DNA from: Schizochytrium sp. TIO01
Lineage: Eukaryota; Protista; Bigyra: Labyrinthulomycetes
Length of the DNA stretch: 64,000 bases
Direction: 5' to 3'
NCBI GenBank assembly: GCA_004764695.1
Contig: SMSO01000036.1
Location: 1,302,001 to 1,366,000, forward strand
Shown here: piece after piece, positions 32,791-45,254 of the stretch
Layout: each line of letters begins with the position of its first letter
Numbering within the stretch: the stretch's first letter is position 1
Made by a program: the position numbers and the translations under genes
The notes under the pieces: generated by a model
The model's database searches: none
Seen by the model: the letters and a program-made list of their open reading frames with translations, nothing else
Told to the model about the DNA's origin: nothing

Positions 32791-33598
32791 AGCCTCTAGA
32801 ATTAATGAAGCTACATTGCGACAAAAGACGCCAGAAGACTCGTCGTCAGTGACAACGTTTCGCTGTATGAAGTATCACACTTTTACAGGAAATTGTCCAT
32901 TGTCGAGACTCAGGTGTAGAGTGGTCAAAAATTGTTGCTGCTCTTGGCTGAGAGTGCCTTGAGGCACGGTGTTTCTAGCCCGGCTTTCGTCTGCTGCGCT
33001 CATTTCAGAGGAATATTGTGTCTCAGTCTGCCTCCGTTTTAGGTCATCAATCCATGCCTCAGCCTTCGGGGGAGTATATATACTGTGTCCGGTTACAACG
33101 GTGTTTACTTTGTCTTCGAAGACTTGATCAGTTTAATTAAAAGATACTTAAGAGCGCTTTTGTCGTCTTTATCCCTTAGTTACTAACTTACAAAGTGCTT
33201 GCTCCGCACTTTCTATTCAAGCTCCGCGCTAAGCATTTCCCACATATCGTTTTACAGATAAGCAGGTAGGCTAATTATGAGAGTCATAGTAAACCCTCTA
33301 GGTAAGCTTAGGAAATAAGGAGGTAGGTACCTACCAAGTTCTCTCAAAATACACACCTGATGGCTCGTTCTCTAGACCTTTTAGGATTCCATTCAGACCT
33401 TTCACCATGATCTAGTCACTTCGGCAAGTACTATAGGCCGTATGAGCAGGTATACAGCACAGTTGTCAATTTCACTATATATATGTAAGCCGAACTTCAC
33501 GATTTTGAAAGAGAACTTTTCTCTTTCTTAAAGTTAATAATTACTCCGTGTTACTTTTGGTTTAGAGAATAGCTTTTAAGAGGATAGGTAGGACTATC

Positions 33599-33620
33599 TT
33601 TACTCTCAATTGAGAGTAAA
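33599..33620. repeat. Perfect 22-bp palindrome TTTACTCTCAATTGAGAGTAAA
   Basis: Self-complementary with no loop; read directly from the sequence. Confidence 0.85.
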
Positions 33621-33821
33621 ATCCGATTGATTAAAATGTACTTATTAGGCCTACCGTTCCTTCTTCCTCTCTTTCTTACTCTAGTAAAGGTAGGCAATAA
33701 GTAACTAATAACCAATATCAATAATTATGAACCTCTGTGATGATGATGATGAAAAGAAGTACGAAATTGTAGGTTTTAATTAAAATAAAAACTCTGCTCC
33801 TAGTGATCGTAACAAAGACAT

Positions 33822-33900
33822 AGACTTATCTCATTCTGACAATCCAGGATTTCAAGGATCGTAAGACTTGTCTCATTCTGACAATTCAAGATTTCAAGGA
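33822..33900. repeat. 42-bp tandem duplication within a decayed + strand frame (DLSHSDNPGFQG / DLSHSDNSRFQG)
   Basis: agacttatctcattctgacaatccaggatttcaagga versus agacttgtctcattctgacaattcaagatttcaagga. Confidence 0.8.
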
Positions 33901-34035
33901 AAGCAGAGTAATTGGTCTCTACTCAGACTGCAGGAAACGGAGAACTAATATAAGATATGTAAAAGAAGGACCAAATCTGATAATTCAAAACATGGCTTTT
34001 CGACGAGGTTTTCGGGCCGGCATGGCTAACCTGCT

Positions 34036-34505
<470 letters not shown>

Positions 34506-35973
34506 ACTAGCAGGTTCAGAAGTTAATTCGTCAAAGTTGAAAGGCTTGCAATTCTTGGTGAATCACTTCAAGTATATGATATGCTGGATGTTAGACATCT
34601 CGTAGTCCATCTTGGTGCTGTAGAGCAGGCGTCCTCTGTAATAATGTTCCGTGTTTTAAAATCCTGGAAGGAGGCCTTCGAATACTTTATAAGAACGTTC
34701 AAGCGTTAGTAGTTAAATTACATTCATATGCGCAAAACTTGATCTCTAGATGTCCTTTGGCAACACGCGGACCAGCAATGTCTAGCATACAGTGCTTCCC
34801 TTTTTTTTGGTCGCAATCTTCGCCGTTTTTTAGAAGAGGTGAAAAACAAAACTGTCAAGTTCGACTCTCTTGCTGCTCGTGTATTTAAAAAGCTGGTTAA
34901 TGGTATTTTGGAATGATTTCTGCCCATTTGCATAAAACATTAGACACTATGGCATATCTATGTCATCTCGGGCTTCTTTACAATCTACATATCCACTCGC
35001 ACTGAATTACGAATTGTCTTAAGCCCAAATCAACCTTTAGAGACTCAATCTCTTTGGTTAAAGGAATTTTGGTTCTTTAGGTTTTTCACAAGGTGCGCAG
35101 AACCTCAGAGAGTTTCTACAGCTTCGACGAACTTATTAAGAATCAATTCGCGAGATTTGGAATCGACTTCCAGTCTTCAAATTGAACCCCATGCGAAGAA
35201 CTTCAAGCAGGCATTGCCTATGAGCCACGTCATACGGAGCCAGATTTACCAAAGAGAGCGTCAAATAATTTCGTAGTGATATCTCTCTGTCACAATATAT
35301 CTATCTACTAATGGATACACAGGGCAGAGTTTCCAATAGTACCGGAGCATTTCAAATATCAACCTCAAGGATACGCCCTCCCCATGCGCCCAAACTTAGA
35401 ATTCAGTGTCTTACAACAATGTATCTACTCTATAAACTTGGAGACAAACTTCTTCAGCGTGCTGAGAAGTCAAGAAAAGCAAGATGATCCATATGATACA
35501 AGAAATGCTAGTTTTAAGCGTCATTTCAGAAAACGATTATGTATCTCTGAAAATGAAGAAGCCAACTACTACACTGGGAGAGAAAAAGCCCATTACGGAA
35601 CTCAAGAGCTTATGCAATATGATAATATTTGCAGCAGGAGTTCATTAAGATGCAATCATACTTTTTTACTTAAGCGACCCAGGACAACATTTTCAGCCAG
35701 ATCCCATTTTACTCTGCCTCAAACATAAACAAAGCAGAACATAAGCAAGTTGTAATTCCAAGTTAAGTTTTTTTTCATTTATAATTAAATTCATGAAAAA
35801 ATAAAAGTGGAATGATTATTAAAAATATATATCAACTCCAGGGTCGTTAGAAGATCAAATAAAAAATCCCCGCCTTCCATTCCTTTTTTAAACTTTTAAA
35901 AACAGAATGAATGGCGGAGTACACAACAGATAATGTAAGCAAGAACCAGAGAAACCAACTATTTAAAGCAGAA

Positions 35974-36184
35974 GGGCTCAAAACAACTCGTTGCCGATTC
36001 GCGTCCCCGAAGGGAGCGAATTGCTCATCAATGGCATGTTTCCGACGAGGTCGAAAGGCATGCCGAGGCTTCCCCCAAATTGACAACGAGGTCGACTTTT
36101 CATCGCCCGTAGAAGCTACGTCATCAACTGTAAAGTTGAAAACGGAAGTTGGAAATATAGACTCGATCCTGTAGAGTGTGGTCT
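35974..36184 (-). ncRNA. U3: U3 snoRNA, copy 1
   Basis: Minus strand begins AGACCACACTCTACAGGATCGAGTCTATA (GAC/A'/A boxes). Terminal stem GGGC/GCCC encloses box C' GATGA (36104-36100) and a D-like TTGA (35981-35978). Also stem CTCGTTGTC/GGCAACGAG, a GGCATG/CATGCC hairpin followed by box C TTGATGA, and a TCCC-TTCG-GGGA hairpin. ~211 nt; ends approximate. Confidence 0.85.
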
Positions 36185-36238
36185 AATTTCGATTGTCACT
36201 CTCGATGCGTATGTGGCTCACACCGGATGGCAAACTTA

Positions 36239-36250
36239 CTGCCGTGGGTT
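36239..36250 (-). promoter_or_regulatory. Putative snRNA-type upstream (PSE/USE-like) element AACCCACGGCAG; also at ~37647-37658 and ~39128-39139
   Basis: Lies ~55-66 nt upstream of each U3 start. Homology of copy 3 ends immediately beyond it. Confidence 0.5.
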
Positions 36251-37381
36251 GCATATTTATTAATGAAATAAAACGATGCCATTCAATGACAGTAGCTTCC
36301 AAAGTCTGTGGCCAGACACACCAGCGACAATATTAAACCTTGTCTTCCTAGTTATGAATCAAATATTATACCCTGGTAGCCTAATCAAGATGAGTTTTTT
36401 AAATTATTCTTTTAAAACTTGGACTTATTATATATGACATTGGGTCACATAAAATTAGTGCTGTTGTAGTCTTTAAGGAAACTAAAACTACGCAGAGTTT
36501 ATGATACTGTACGTAGGAAAGTCCTGTTTCATTTATAATTTTAGAAAACATAGCTCTAAAATTAGTTTTAGCTACTAGATTTGCTACCTTCTGATCCATA
36601 CAATTCACTCCTAATAAATCAAGTTGGCTGCAGGTAATCAGTCCTGTCAATCATCAAGTCACCATCCGAGGAATCAGATAGACAACGTTGATTTATTTGC
36701 TCCTTCTTAAAGACTTTAAAAGATTCATGCCCGAGGAGATGTTTCAAAGGTATAGCCACATTGTGTCACAAGGCTAGTCGTTACGGCGCGAAGTAAACTT
36801 TTAATCAAAAATAAATTAAGCCTCTGAAAATAAGTTGTTAAATGATACATCAAAATTCGTATGAGACTTTAAGCTGCCTTTCAATTATGAACCTGATTTG
36901 ATCTCTCGACCACAACATCAACACAGGAGGTGACATAAGATTGCGATTATCTTCAATCTTTCATACTGCATACACATTCGGGATTCGAGTTGCAAGTCCC
37001 GGATCATCTTCGAACGATAGAACCAACCCTTCAATGCATAATACACCACGGTTACAAACGCAAATGCAACGCCAAATGAATACAAGGCAACAATGGCAGG
37101 ACTTTAAGATGCAAGAGTTGCACCTCGATAACATGAATATTAAACTCAGTAGTATATATCTCTTCTTTTACAAACGTACTTTCCATGCAGAACTCTGAAT
37201 GTTCCATCACCAATATGCGATGCTATTTCATAAATCATATCAACTCCAGGGTCGTTAGAAGATCAAATAAAAAATCCCCGCCTTCCATTCCTTTTTTTAA
37301 ACTTTTAAAAACAGAATGAATGGCGGAGTACACAACAGATAATGTAAGCAAGAACCAGAGAAACCAACTATTTAAGCAGAA

Positions 37382-37592
37382 GGGCTCAAAACAACTCGTT
37401 GCCGATTCGCGTCCCCGAAGGGAGCGAATTGCTCATCAATGGCATGTTTCCGACGAGGTCGAAAGGCATGCCGAGGCTTCCCCCAAATTGACAACGAGGT
37501 CGACTTTTCATCGCCCGTAGAAGCTACGTCATCAACTGTAAAGTTGAAAACGGAAGTTGGAAATATAGACTCGATCCTGTAGAGTGTGGTCT
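37382..37592 (-). ncRNA. U3: U3 snoRNA, copy 2
   Basis: Identical by eye to copy 1. Confidence 0.85.
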
Positions 37593-38863
37593 AATTTCGA
37601 TTGTCACTCTCGATGCGTATGTGGCTCACACCGGATGGCAAAATGGCTGCCGTGGGTTGCATATTTATAATGAAATAAAACGATGCCATTCAATGACAGT
37701 AGCTTCCAAAGTCTGTGGCCAGACACACCAGCGACAATATTAAACCTTGTCTTCCTAGTTATGAATCAAATATTATACCCTGGTAGCCTAATCAAGATGA
37801 GAGTTTTTTAATATAATAAATTTATCTTCTATACATGTGTCATTGTACTGGCGTAGACTCACATAAAAACTAGAGTTGCCATTGTTCACGATCTTTAACA
37901 TGCTCTTCATCGCAAGCCGCATATGAGATGCAAGATAAATTGAAAACGTATAGGTTATAAAGCAATATCTAGCCAAGTCCTGCTTGAGTTACAGTTTTCA
38001 AGAAGCACGGCTATAAAAACAATTTTACTACCTCGTTGATCTATATAATTTATCACTTGCAATCAATTAGGTTGGAAACAGTCGGTCTTTTCAATTGCCA
38101 AGGCAATATGCGATGAATCGAATCAGTAGCTTTGACTCCTTGTTCTTACAAACTTAAAAAGTGATGGGTAGAATTCGTAGGAGGAAATGTTTCAAAGGTT
38201 TAGCCACATTGTGAAGAGTTACAAGGAAGTTAACTTTTTTTAAAATAAAGTTTGAAAAATAAATCATTATACAGTAGTACCTCGGCAGATAGACATAATT
38301 AGTAATTAGTAGGCTAGCTAAATATATAGTCTCCAGGATGCAATCTTCAAGTCATGAATTTGATTTAGTTTCTCGATCACAACAACACAGGAAGTAACCC
38401 TAGCATTGCAATCAAATTGAATCCTTTGGATTGGATACAAGGTATTTCACCAAAAAGAGTGCGGGATCGAGTTGAAAGTTTCTGATCATGATCGAACGAT
38501 AGAACCAACCCTTTAATGCATAATACACCACGGTTACAAACGCAAATGCAACGCCAAATGAATACAAGGCAACAATGGCAGGACTTCAAAATGCAAGAGT
38601 TGCACCCAGATAACAAAAAATCCAAACTCAGTAGTATATATCCCTTCTTAAACAAACGTACTTTCCACGCAGAACTCTGAATGTTCCATCACCAATATGC
38701 GATGCTATTTCATAAATCATATCAACTCCAGGGTCGTTAGAAGATCAAATAAAAAATCCCCGCCTTCCATTCCTTTTTTTAAACTTTTAAAAACAGAATG
38801 AATGGCGGAGTACACAACAGATAATGTAAGCAAGAACCAGAGAAACCAACTATTTAAGCAGAA

Positions 38864-39074
38864 GGGCTCAAAACAACTCGTTGCCGATTCGCGTCCCCGA
38901 AGGGAGCGAATTGCTCATCAATGGCATGTTTCCGACGAGGTCGAAAGGCATGCCGAGGCTTCCCCCAAATTGACAACGAGGTCGACTTTTCATCGCCCGT
39001 AGAAGCTACGTCATCAACTGTAAAGTTGAAAACGGAAGTTGGAAATATAGACTCGATCCTGTAGAGTGTGGTCT
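38864..39074 (-). ncRNA. U3: U3 snoRNA, copy 3
   Basis: Identical by eye to copy 1. Confidence 0.85.
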
Positions 39075-42000
39075 AATTTCGATTGTCACTCTCGATGCGT
39101 ATGTGGCTCACACGGATGGCAAAATGGCTGCCGTGGGTTTGAACCTTGCTTTGGAATGTAGAAGCAATTCAATCTCTCGTAACCTCTCAGACAAAGCAAC
39201 ATAGAGATGACCATTGACTGGTCCTGAGACAGACTTTTGCCAAGAACCAGTCAAATTTCCTCTCTATCTCCATCGTAATTATAACGAACCAAATATTGGT
39301 TGGCCTTGCAGAATGACTGGCTAATAGACTTGGAAACCCCAAATTATTTCCTCTCGCAGTTGCGGAGGCCAACGAGATGACTCGCTGAGGTGGCTTCCAT
39401 TTGCACATTCAGCATTAACTCTCCTAGATGGCATCTTCAAGCTAAGTTCGTTTGGTTGGCTCTAGCTAGATACAGTGCCAGGGAAGAGTCACGTGACCAT
39501 TGTCAGAAATTCGCGCTGACAACGAAGTTCTGGTCCTTTGATTTACCCACTAAGTCATCATCAGGTACTTATTTGGCATAGCTTATAGAATATTGTCCTG
39601 CAACGTAGCTTTTTTTGGTGGCTTTGGTACAGTTGGGACGTGGTAGTTAGGTTAGACTTGGTGCACACATTCAGAAATCAAAGCTACCCAAAAATGGGAC
39701 AAGTTGCAGTTTTGAAAACCTGAGGTCATACAAAGCATGAAGGACTTTCACTAATGCGAAGGACCAGCACACCCAGCCTAGATTGCCTGTGGCGTAGCCA
39801 GTGTAGTCACTTCAGCTTCTTCTTGTAGTGAAGTTCATTTTTTTAAATCAGGTGTATACTGATCAACTCGTTATTGATGTGCTCAAGAGATCTTGAGACC
39901 TGAGTCGTTCAATTCTATGGAAAAATTTGTTTCCTTATCATGACGAAACTACTCCCAAATATTAGTCCATATTGGCGCTTCTACCCAGGGAAAAGTCTGG
40001 TAAAGATGACATATATATTACTACTTCTATTAGCGAAGCATAAACCTAGGGCTTCTTAATACAAGGAATACAAGACCTGTCAAGAAACATAGCAGGGAAG
40101 AACTTGTAGTTTCTTGGATAATAAACTCTTCATCGTATTCTACGTGTGCACCCTTTGAAATTTGACCCGACGATGAAGACCTATTCCATTTATAAATATC
40201 ACTTTGCTACTAACTGTAGTAGCAATAACTGCGCCAGGACTAGTAAGTAGTTCTCTTATTTAATTAAAAATTGGAGAAAGGAAAGGAAAGATAGAGGAGC
40301 TAGATCGTAGTTCTGCTCAAGAGCTATAATTGTGATGAACCTTTGAGACAAAGACGAAGTTAACGTAGTACCTAGCGTAAACTCCATCATAATTGTAGTC
40401 AATTTATAAACAGAAGTGATCTAAACAAAGAGACACCTTCGAAGCTTACAAATGATCTAACCTGTTTTTAAATCTAACAGGTTGAACGCTTAAACTTCGA
40501 AACATTGCTAGAGGTGCTTCTTTGTCTAAAGAAACAAAGACATCTAGGTAAAGGAAAACATGACCTTATGCTGATGTGTTTGTCCAAAAAAAAGTTGTCG
40601 TCTCCATAAAATGCAAGTTCCGCCGTAGTGATGCTGTTACAAACATACAATATATGCGTATTATAGTATGGAGTAAGACGTTACTTCGCTTAGGCAGTTG
40701 AGAATCAATTTGGTGAGTATACATCAGCCCGTTAATGAACCTTTGCTATGAACTCAAAAGAAAATTAAATTAACCTTTTAAGGCGGTTTCATTAACTATG
40801 GAGGGGGGGTATTTGAAATTTAGTGCCCCTGAAAGAGCTCGCAAACACTTTATTAAAAAAGAAACGAGCATCGCTGGCTAGCTCATGACAGGTTTCTTAT
40901 AACGTGTTCATAGCTTTTAGTCCATTGAATGTGGCTAGCTTGTCCTTTAAAACGAACAACACTACACCACCATTGAAGGAAATGTGCATCTACACATTTC
41001 AATGCTCATTTCAAAGTTAGGGCCTAGTGATTGTTTTATAAGTATCCATTGAACCTTTCATAGAAGTAAAATACTCGATTCGTCAGTTTTATACCGGTTT
41101 CCTTAGTTTAAGTCGTTGTAGATTACTCATTAGTACAGATCTACTATTGAGGGGTTTGACTTCATTTAAGGAGAGTACGGGTGCTTTTAAAATGAACATT
41201 GTAGATCATTCAAATCTTGTTGAGGTGTAAGAGAGTTAGTGCAGCAAGTCATATGATCCTGCAACACTGGAAGTTCAGTCCCGCGGGCAGAAAACAAACT
41301 CTAAGACAGAACACTTAGTAACTGTCATTGCAATCAGTCTCGTAAGCAGCGAAGGAACTTCTACTAATCCGAACACTCGGATAAATAGAACCAAAATTTA
41401 GGGTAACTTGAAATATTCGATTAATTGCCCGAAGTTATTATCAAAAGTCAAAGATCATCGAAAGGAACAGTTTCTGGAGAGGCTCATTTCTATGTAGTTT
41501 CGCGTTTCCACAACATCACCTCCCACTTGTAGGCAACACCCCCCGTGGCACCATGATGATATCCCAAGAGGCTGAAAACCGTGTAATATTTGAAAGAAAA
41601 TAAGTTCTACATATTGCGCACGAAACCGGCAAAATCCATTTTTTCTTAAAGCAGCTTTGAATTCACTTAAAGTGAAAATGCTACTTTCCGAGCAGTCTTC
41701 GCTTCAACGCAAATGTAACTGTGCCTCTGCGCGACTTAGCCAGAGCCCGGGGCATCTCGCGTGTAGTCACTACATCCAAGTGAGATCTCATCATGTAATT
41801 AACGCACCTTGTCGTTGGACCTAAAGTCCATCTTGAAGAATTTGCTCTTCATTACAGGTTGAATAAAGATGAAGAGTCGTTCCTACTTGTCTAAGGAAGA
41901 TTTGATCCCACATTATCACCTATAAACAACAAGTGAAAGCGCTGCAAAAGTTTTTCCGAGCTCGTCATGGTGGCCCAAAAGAGCGAGTTATCTTTTACCA

Positions 42001-42685
42001 GTTTCGAGCGTTTCTATGGGGGCTCATGGAGTCTGTTTTACCCTGCGTAAAAGGCGCGTGCTCTTCAATGGACCTCCGGATGCCAAAATGGTCTCCCGTC
42101 GCCGGCACATGCCCCTGCTCAGAGCCCTCAAAGCCCGTGCCGCGGCGCAGCAGGTACCAAGCTAGGTCCCAGGACCCTTCGCAAGGCCGCCGCGAGGCCT
42201 CATCTAGAGCCTTTGCGCCGAGGGCAGCACGAGCAGCCCGCATGAACTGCCTTTGAGACTTCGTTTCTTCAAAACCATTTTGTTCGTTTTCTTTTTCCGG
42301 CAAACGAAATTTCTTTCACTTGTAGAAGGGGACACTCGAAATATGTACCATATGCTTGCTTAAGGCTGTGCTATCTCTGGAGAGAGGGACCTCCGCATAA
42401 AACATTTTACGGATGAGAGAGCGGAGAAAGAAATGCCGAAGCTTAAAAGAAAGCTCTGCAGGACCTCCCGGAGTCAATTGCGTCGGTTTCAAGCATGTGG
42501 AGAGCGCGTCTGAGCTTGGATTTGCCCTTTGAGCGTAGAAAGTAACTGCAAATTTGGGAGGCGAAATTGCTATTTATTTCTTAGACAATCTCTAAAGAAA
42601 GCAAGAGCAGCTGTTTCAAAGGGGAATCGAGATTCTAAAGCAGCACAGAGTATTGCTGACATAGAGGAAGACCCTCGGCTAGCCT

Positions 42686-42733
42686 CAAAACCAAAACCAA
42701 AACCAAAACCAAAACCAAAACCAAAACTAAAAC
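42686..42733. repeat. (CCAAAA)n hexanucleotide microsatellite
   Basis: caaaaccaaaaccaaaaccaaaaccaaaaccaaaaccaaaactaaaacc. Confidence 0.9.
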
Positions 42734-42985
42734 CGGAACCAGCCTTCTAAAGCCATCCTCGAGATACTATTCTCAATCATCCAATCTCAGCCCTGCGCCT
42801 AACAAGACCAAAGCCAACTCAGCATTAGACGTGTTTCACTTTTCCAAGAAGTTTGGTATCTACTCGTTTGCACAGCAAGGCCAATTTTGCAGAAAACTCT
42901 TAGAGTTTTCTCTCACCAGCTACTAAATCGAGATTAAGAGTCAAGTAGTTAGACGTAAGCCTTCTTAGTACTGCCAACCAGCAAG

Positions 42986-43915
42986 ATGTGCATTGCAGCG
43001 AAAGCTCAAGATTACATGCGTATGGGTGAAGACCCTACGTACGCCAACCTCATGACACCGCCTAGAACACGCACCAAGACCCACACTCAATCACCTCCTC
43101 TTTCACCAGAGCTTCTTGAACGTCGTGCAAAGAGGGAAGCCATGCGGCGAGTCCCAGTATGGGCTCGGACTACGACTGCTAAATCTGCCAAGGAGCGGCA
43201 ATGTAGGCATACCGTCTCTTTATCGCCTACGGACTCCCGAAGCATCTCTCCGAAGTCGCCTAGCTCTCAGGCTGGGTTCATCGAACCTGAACCCGAGTTT
43301 CGTTCCATCCCAGCCTTCGAGGAAGAATCAAAGGTTGAATTTACTCGCCTTGAAGTCGAAACAAAGCTAGCTCCAGTCGTCAAAGAAATTGACGCAGTTC
43401 AACCTAGTGAGGAAGATACCCTACCTACAAATACCAGCACACATCATGACCTCTCTTCTCCAACCAAAATTTTGCCAATTGTTGAAGATGGAGAAGGGGG
43501 ACAAGAAAGTGAATCAAAGGAAGGTTCGCATGCCTCGAGGGAGGACACCAGCTTCGCAAGTTCATGCAAGGCTCTTATGGGGGAGCTTCGGGCTCTTCTG
43601 AAATGCGCTGCCCTTGTTAATGATGTTTCACTCACAGCTATGGCAAAAGCATTTTCTGTTAGAGTCAGGGAAGTAAAGAACGGAGCCCGCCACAACCTTC
43701 GGTCGTGTCTTCGCCAGGCCAAAGAAACAGCCCAAAAGGCCATTAAAAAGGTCACCTTTGCGGAGCAAGACGAAATTAAGTTGATCCCTGCAAGAAAAAC
43801 CTTCTTGCAAAGATCCAGGTCTACCTTGCTCCGTGCCTTCATGAAAAGGAAACATCGTTTCCAGGCAGCGTGTGGAATGCCACAGGCTCGCCCAACGTGG
43901 AGTTCAACGTGGTAA
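42986..43915 (+). CDS. Hypothetical, largely disordered S/P/E-rich protein
   Basis: 309-aa ATG ORF with coding-like composition. Contains KKVTF (RVxF-like motif). Confidence 0.7.
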   Translation: MCIAAKAQDYMRMGEDPTYANLMTPPRTRTKTHTQSPPLSPELLERRAKREAMRRVPVWARTTTAKSAKERQCRHTVSLSPTDSRSISPKSPSSQAGFIEPEPEFRSIPAFEEESKVEFTRLEVETKLAPVVKEIDAVQPSEEDTLPTNTSTHHDLSSPTKILPIVEDGEGGQESESKEGSHASREDTSFASSCKALMGELRALLKCAALVNDVSLTAMAKAFSVRVREVKNGARHNLRSCLRQAKETAQKAIKKVTFAEQDEIKLIPARKTFLQRSRSTLLRAFMKRKHRFQAACGMPQARPTWSSTW

Positions 43916-44441
43916 AGTTCTCCATTGTAATAACGAAAAGCGCTTCCCAAAGTCAAGTTATCCTTTTGATAACTTTTATACTTTTCGATTAATTAGAAGC
44001 TTTGAGCTGTACATAAGTATCAACACCTCCCTTTAGAAATTCAGAGGTCAACCCATGAACACACTAATCAAATAAGCAAATCTGCATTATCTTCCAATTT
44101 TGTGTGCGTTTTACAAAATATCAAACAAACAAAAGTTAAATCAAATGTACTTGATCATAACATCGGAGTCGCCCTCACTAGTTTTTTCGCTCTTAAAAAA
44201 CAAAAGAAACACACGTTTTTCTGAAATTTATTAAACATCATGTGTTAGATTCAGACAGTGAGGGATGTTCCTTTTACGCAAGCACTAAGAAAAGCTCTCG
44301 GGCAACAACTATAGTAAGAATATAGAACTGGCGATCAATTACCATCCAAAATCTATAACATTTTTATATACTATGAGCAATGTTCTTCCTCGTTAGTCGG
44401 TAAAGAGATCTATCGAATAGGAGCAAGGTATAAGATGAAAT

Positions 44442-45254
44442 TCATGTTGCCCTTGTTTTCATGCGTCGAATAATATGGTACCAAGAGGAGATTAGGACAA
44501 AGGCCTGAACGGGAATAATAATATAATCAAGAAATGCTTCTGACGGGGTCTCCGATGCTTGATAATTGTAAACATAAAGTGCAGACACGGCAGCTGATGA
44601 CGCAACAGTAAGTGTATCTGCATAACCAAAAACCCGCTCCATGGGCTGGTTTGTCATTGCACTCAAGGTAACCATGGTACCCAAGGATAATGGTTCAAGT
44701 AGTAGGTACTTGCATGAGTCGAAACATGGCAATGTAAGGAGACAAGCTCGGTAGCAAGTGTGATGCAATACCCAAACTAGAGGCGATGCATTATAGATAA
44801 AGGTAGTTCCATCAAATTCAACCGTTTTCCAGTCCTTGGCATGCGCTTCAAAGCATAGCCAGAGTGCGAGAGTTAAGCATACTGTAGGAGAAACCAAGCC
44901 TCGAATTGTTCCATCCGCTGGGACAAATGCCATCATTGCTACATTGCCAATCACAGCGACATTTATGTACTTGGTAAACAAAGATAGATGTTTTACTCGA
45001 AATTCTTGAGGCGCTGCTGCATAAGCCGATACAGACCCAAGTCCGAAAGTTAGAGTACCAAGGACCTTGGCAACTTTGCTCAACGAAGCCGACTCTATAG
45101 TGGCACTTGACCTGGAAAGCTGCCATAAAAATGCGCAGGAGAGTGCAGCTGTCACAGCCACAAGAGCACGAGGCTTGCGCAGTGCAAGGACAGTGCTCAC
45201 ACCCGTTAGCCCAGCATGCGCAGCAAGAGACCCGAAAGTGGATGCGATAGCCAT
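44442..45254 (-). CDS. Hypothetical multi-pass membrane protein (~7-8 TM)
   Basis: 270-aa ATG ORF, hydrophobic throughout. No family recognised. Confidence 0.75.
   Translation of the reverse strand: MAIASTFGSLAAHAGLTGVSTVLALRKPRALVAVTAALSCAFLWQLSRSSATIESASLSKVAKVLGTLTFGLGSVSAYAAAPQEFRVKHLSLFTKYINVAVIGNVAMMAFVPADGTIRGLVSPTVCLTLALWLCFEAHAKDWKTVEFDGTTFIYNASPLVWVLHHTCYRACLLTLPCFDSCKYLLLEPLSLGTMVTLSAMTNQPMERVFGYADTLTVASSAAVSALYVYNYQASETPSEAFLDYIIIPVQAFVLISSWYHIIRRMKTRAT

Larger units (their letters stand above)
35828..39139. repeat. Tandem triplication of ~1.4-1.5-kb U3-bearing units
   Basis: Periods are 1408 and 1482 bp. Copies 1 and 2 share ~35828-36397 / 37237-37808; copies 2 and 3 share ~37010-37658 / 38490-39139. 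Weaker similarity extends further out (36732 vs 38181). Confidence 0.92.

Noticed and set aside
32875-32877. Selenocysteine reading of the in-frame TGA
   Set aside because: No redox-motif context and no SECIS recognised; other lesions flank the gene.
35911-39002. Three repeated small + strand ORFs beginning MAEYTTDNVSK
   Set aside because: They lie antisense to the U3 genes, and a 1-nt indel changes the frame between copies, so conservation is at the RNA level.
39140-41900. Possible transposon or viral relic in the long ORF-free stretch
   Set aside because: No terminal repeats or transposase, RT or capsid motifs could be recognised by eye.
41933-42303. Overlapping 107-aa and 102-aa ORFs in a GC-rich patch
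   Set aside because: Non-ATG starts and no motifs. More likely promoter-associated GC-rich sequence, like 3718-4169 upstream of ABCE1.
42686-42733. Interstitial telomere repeat
   Set aside because: The unit CCAAAA does not match TTAGGG or TTTAGGG types; treated as a microsatellite.
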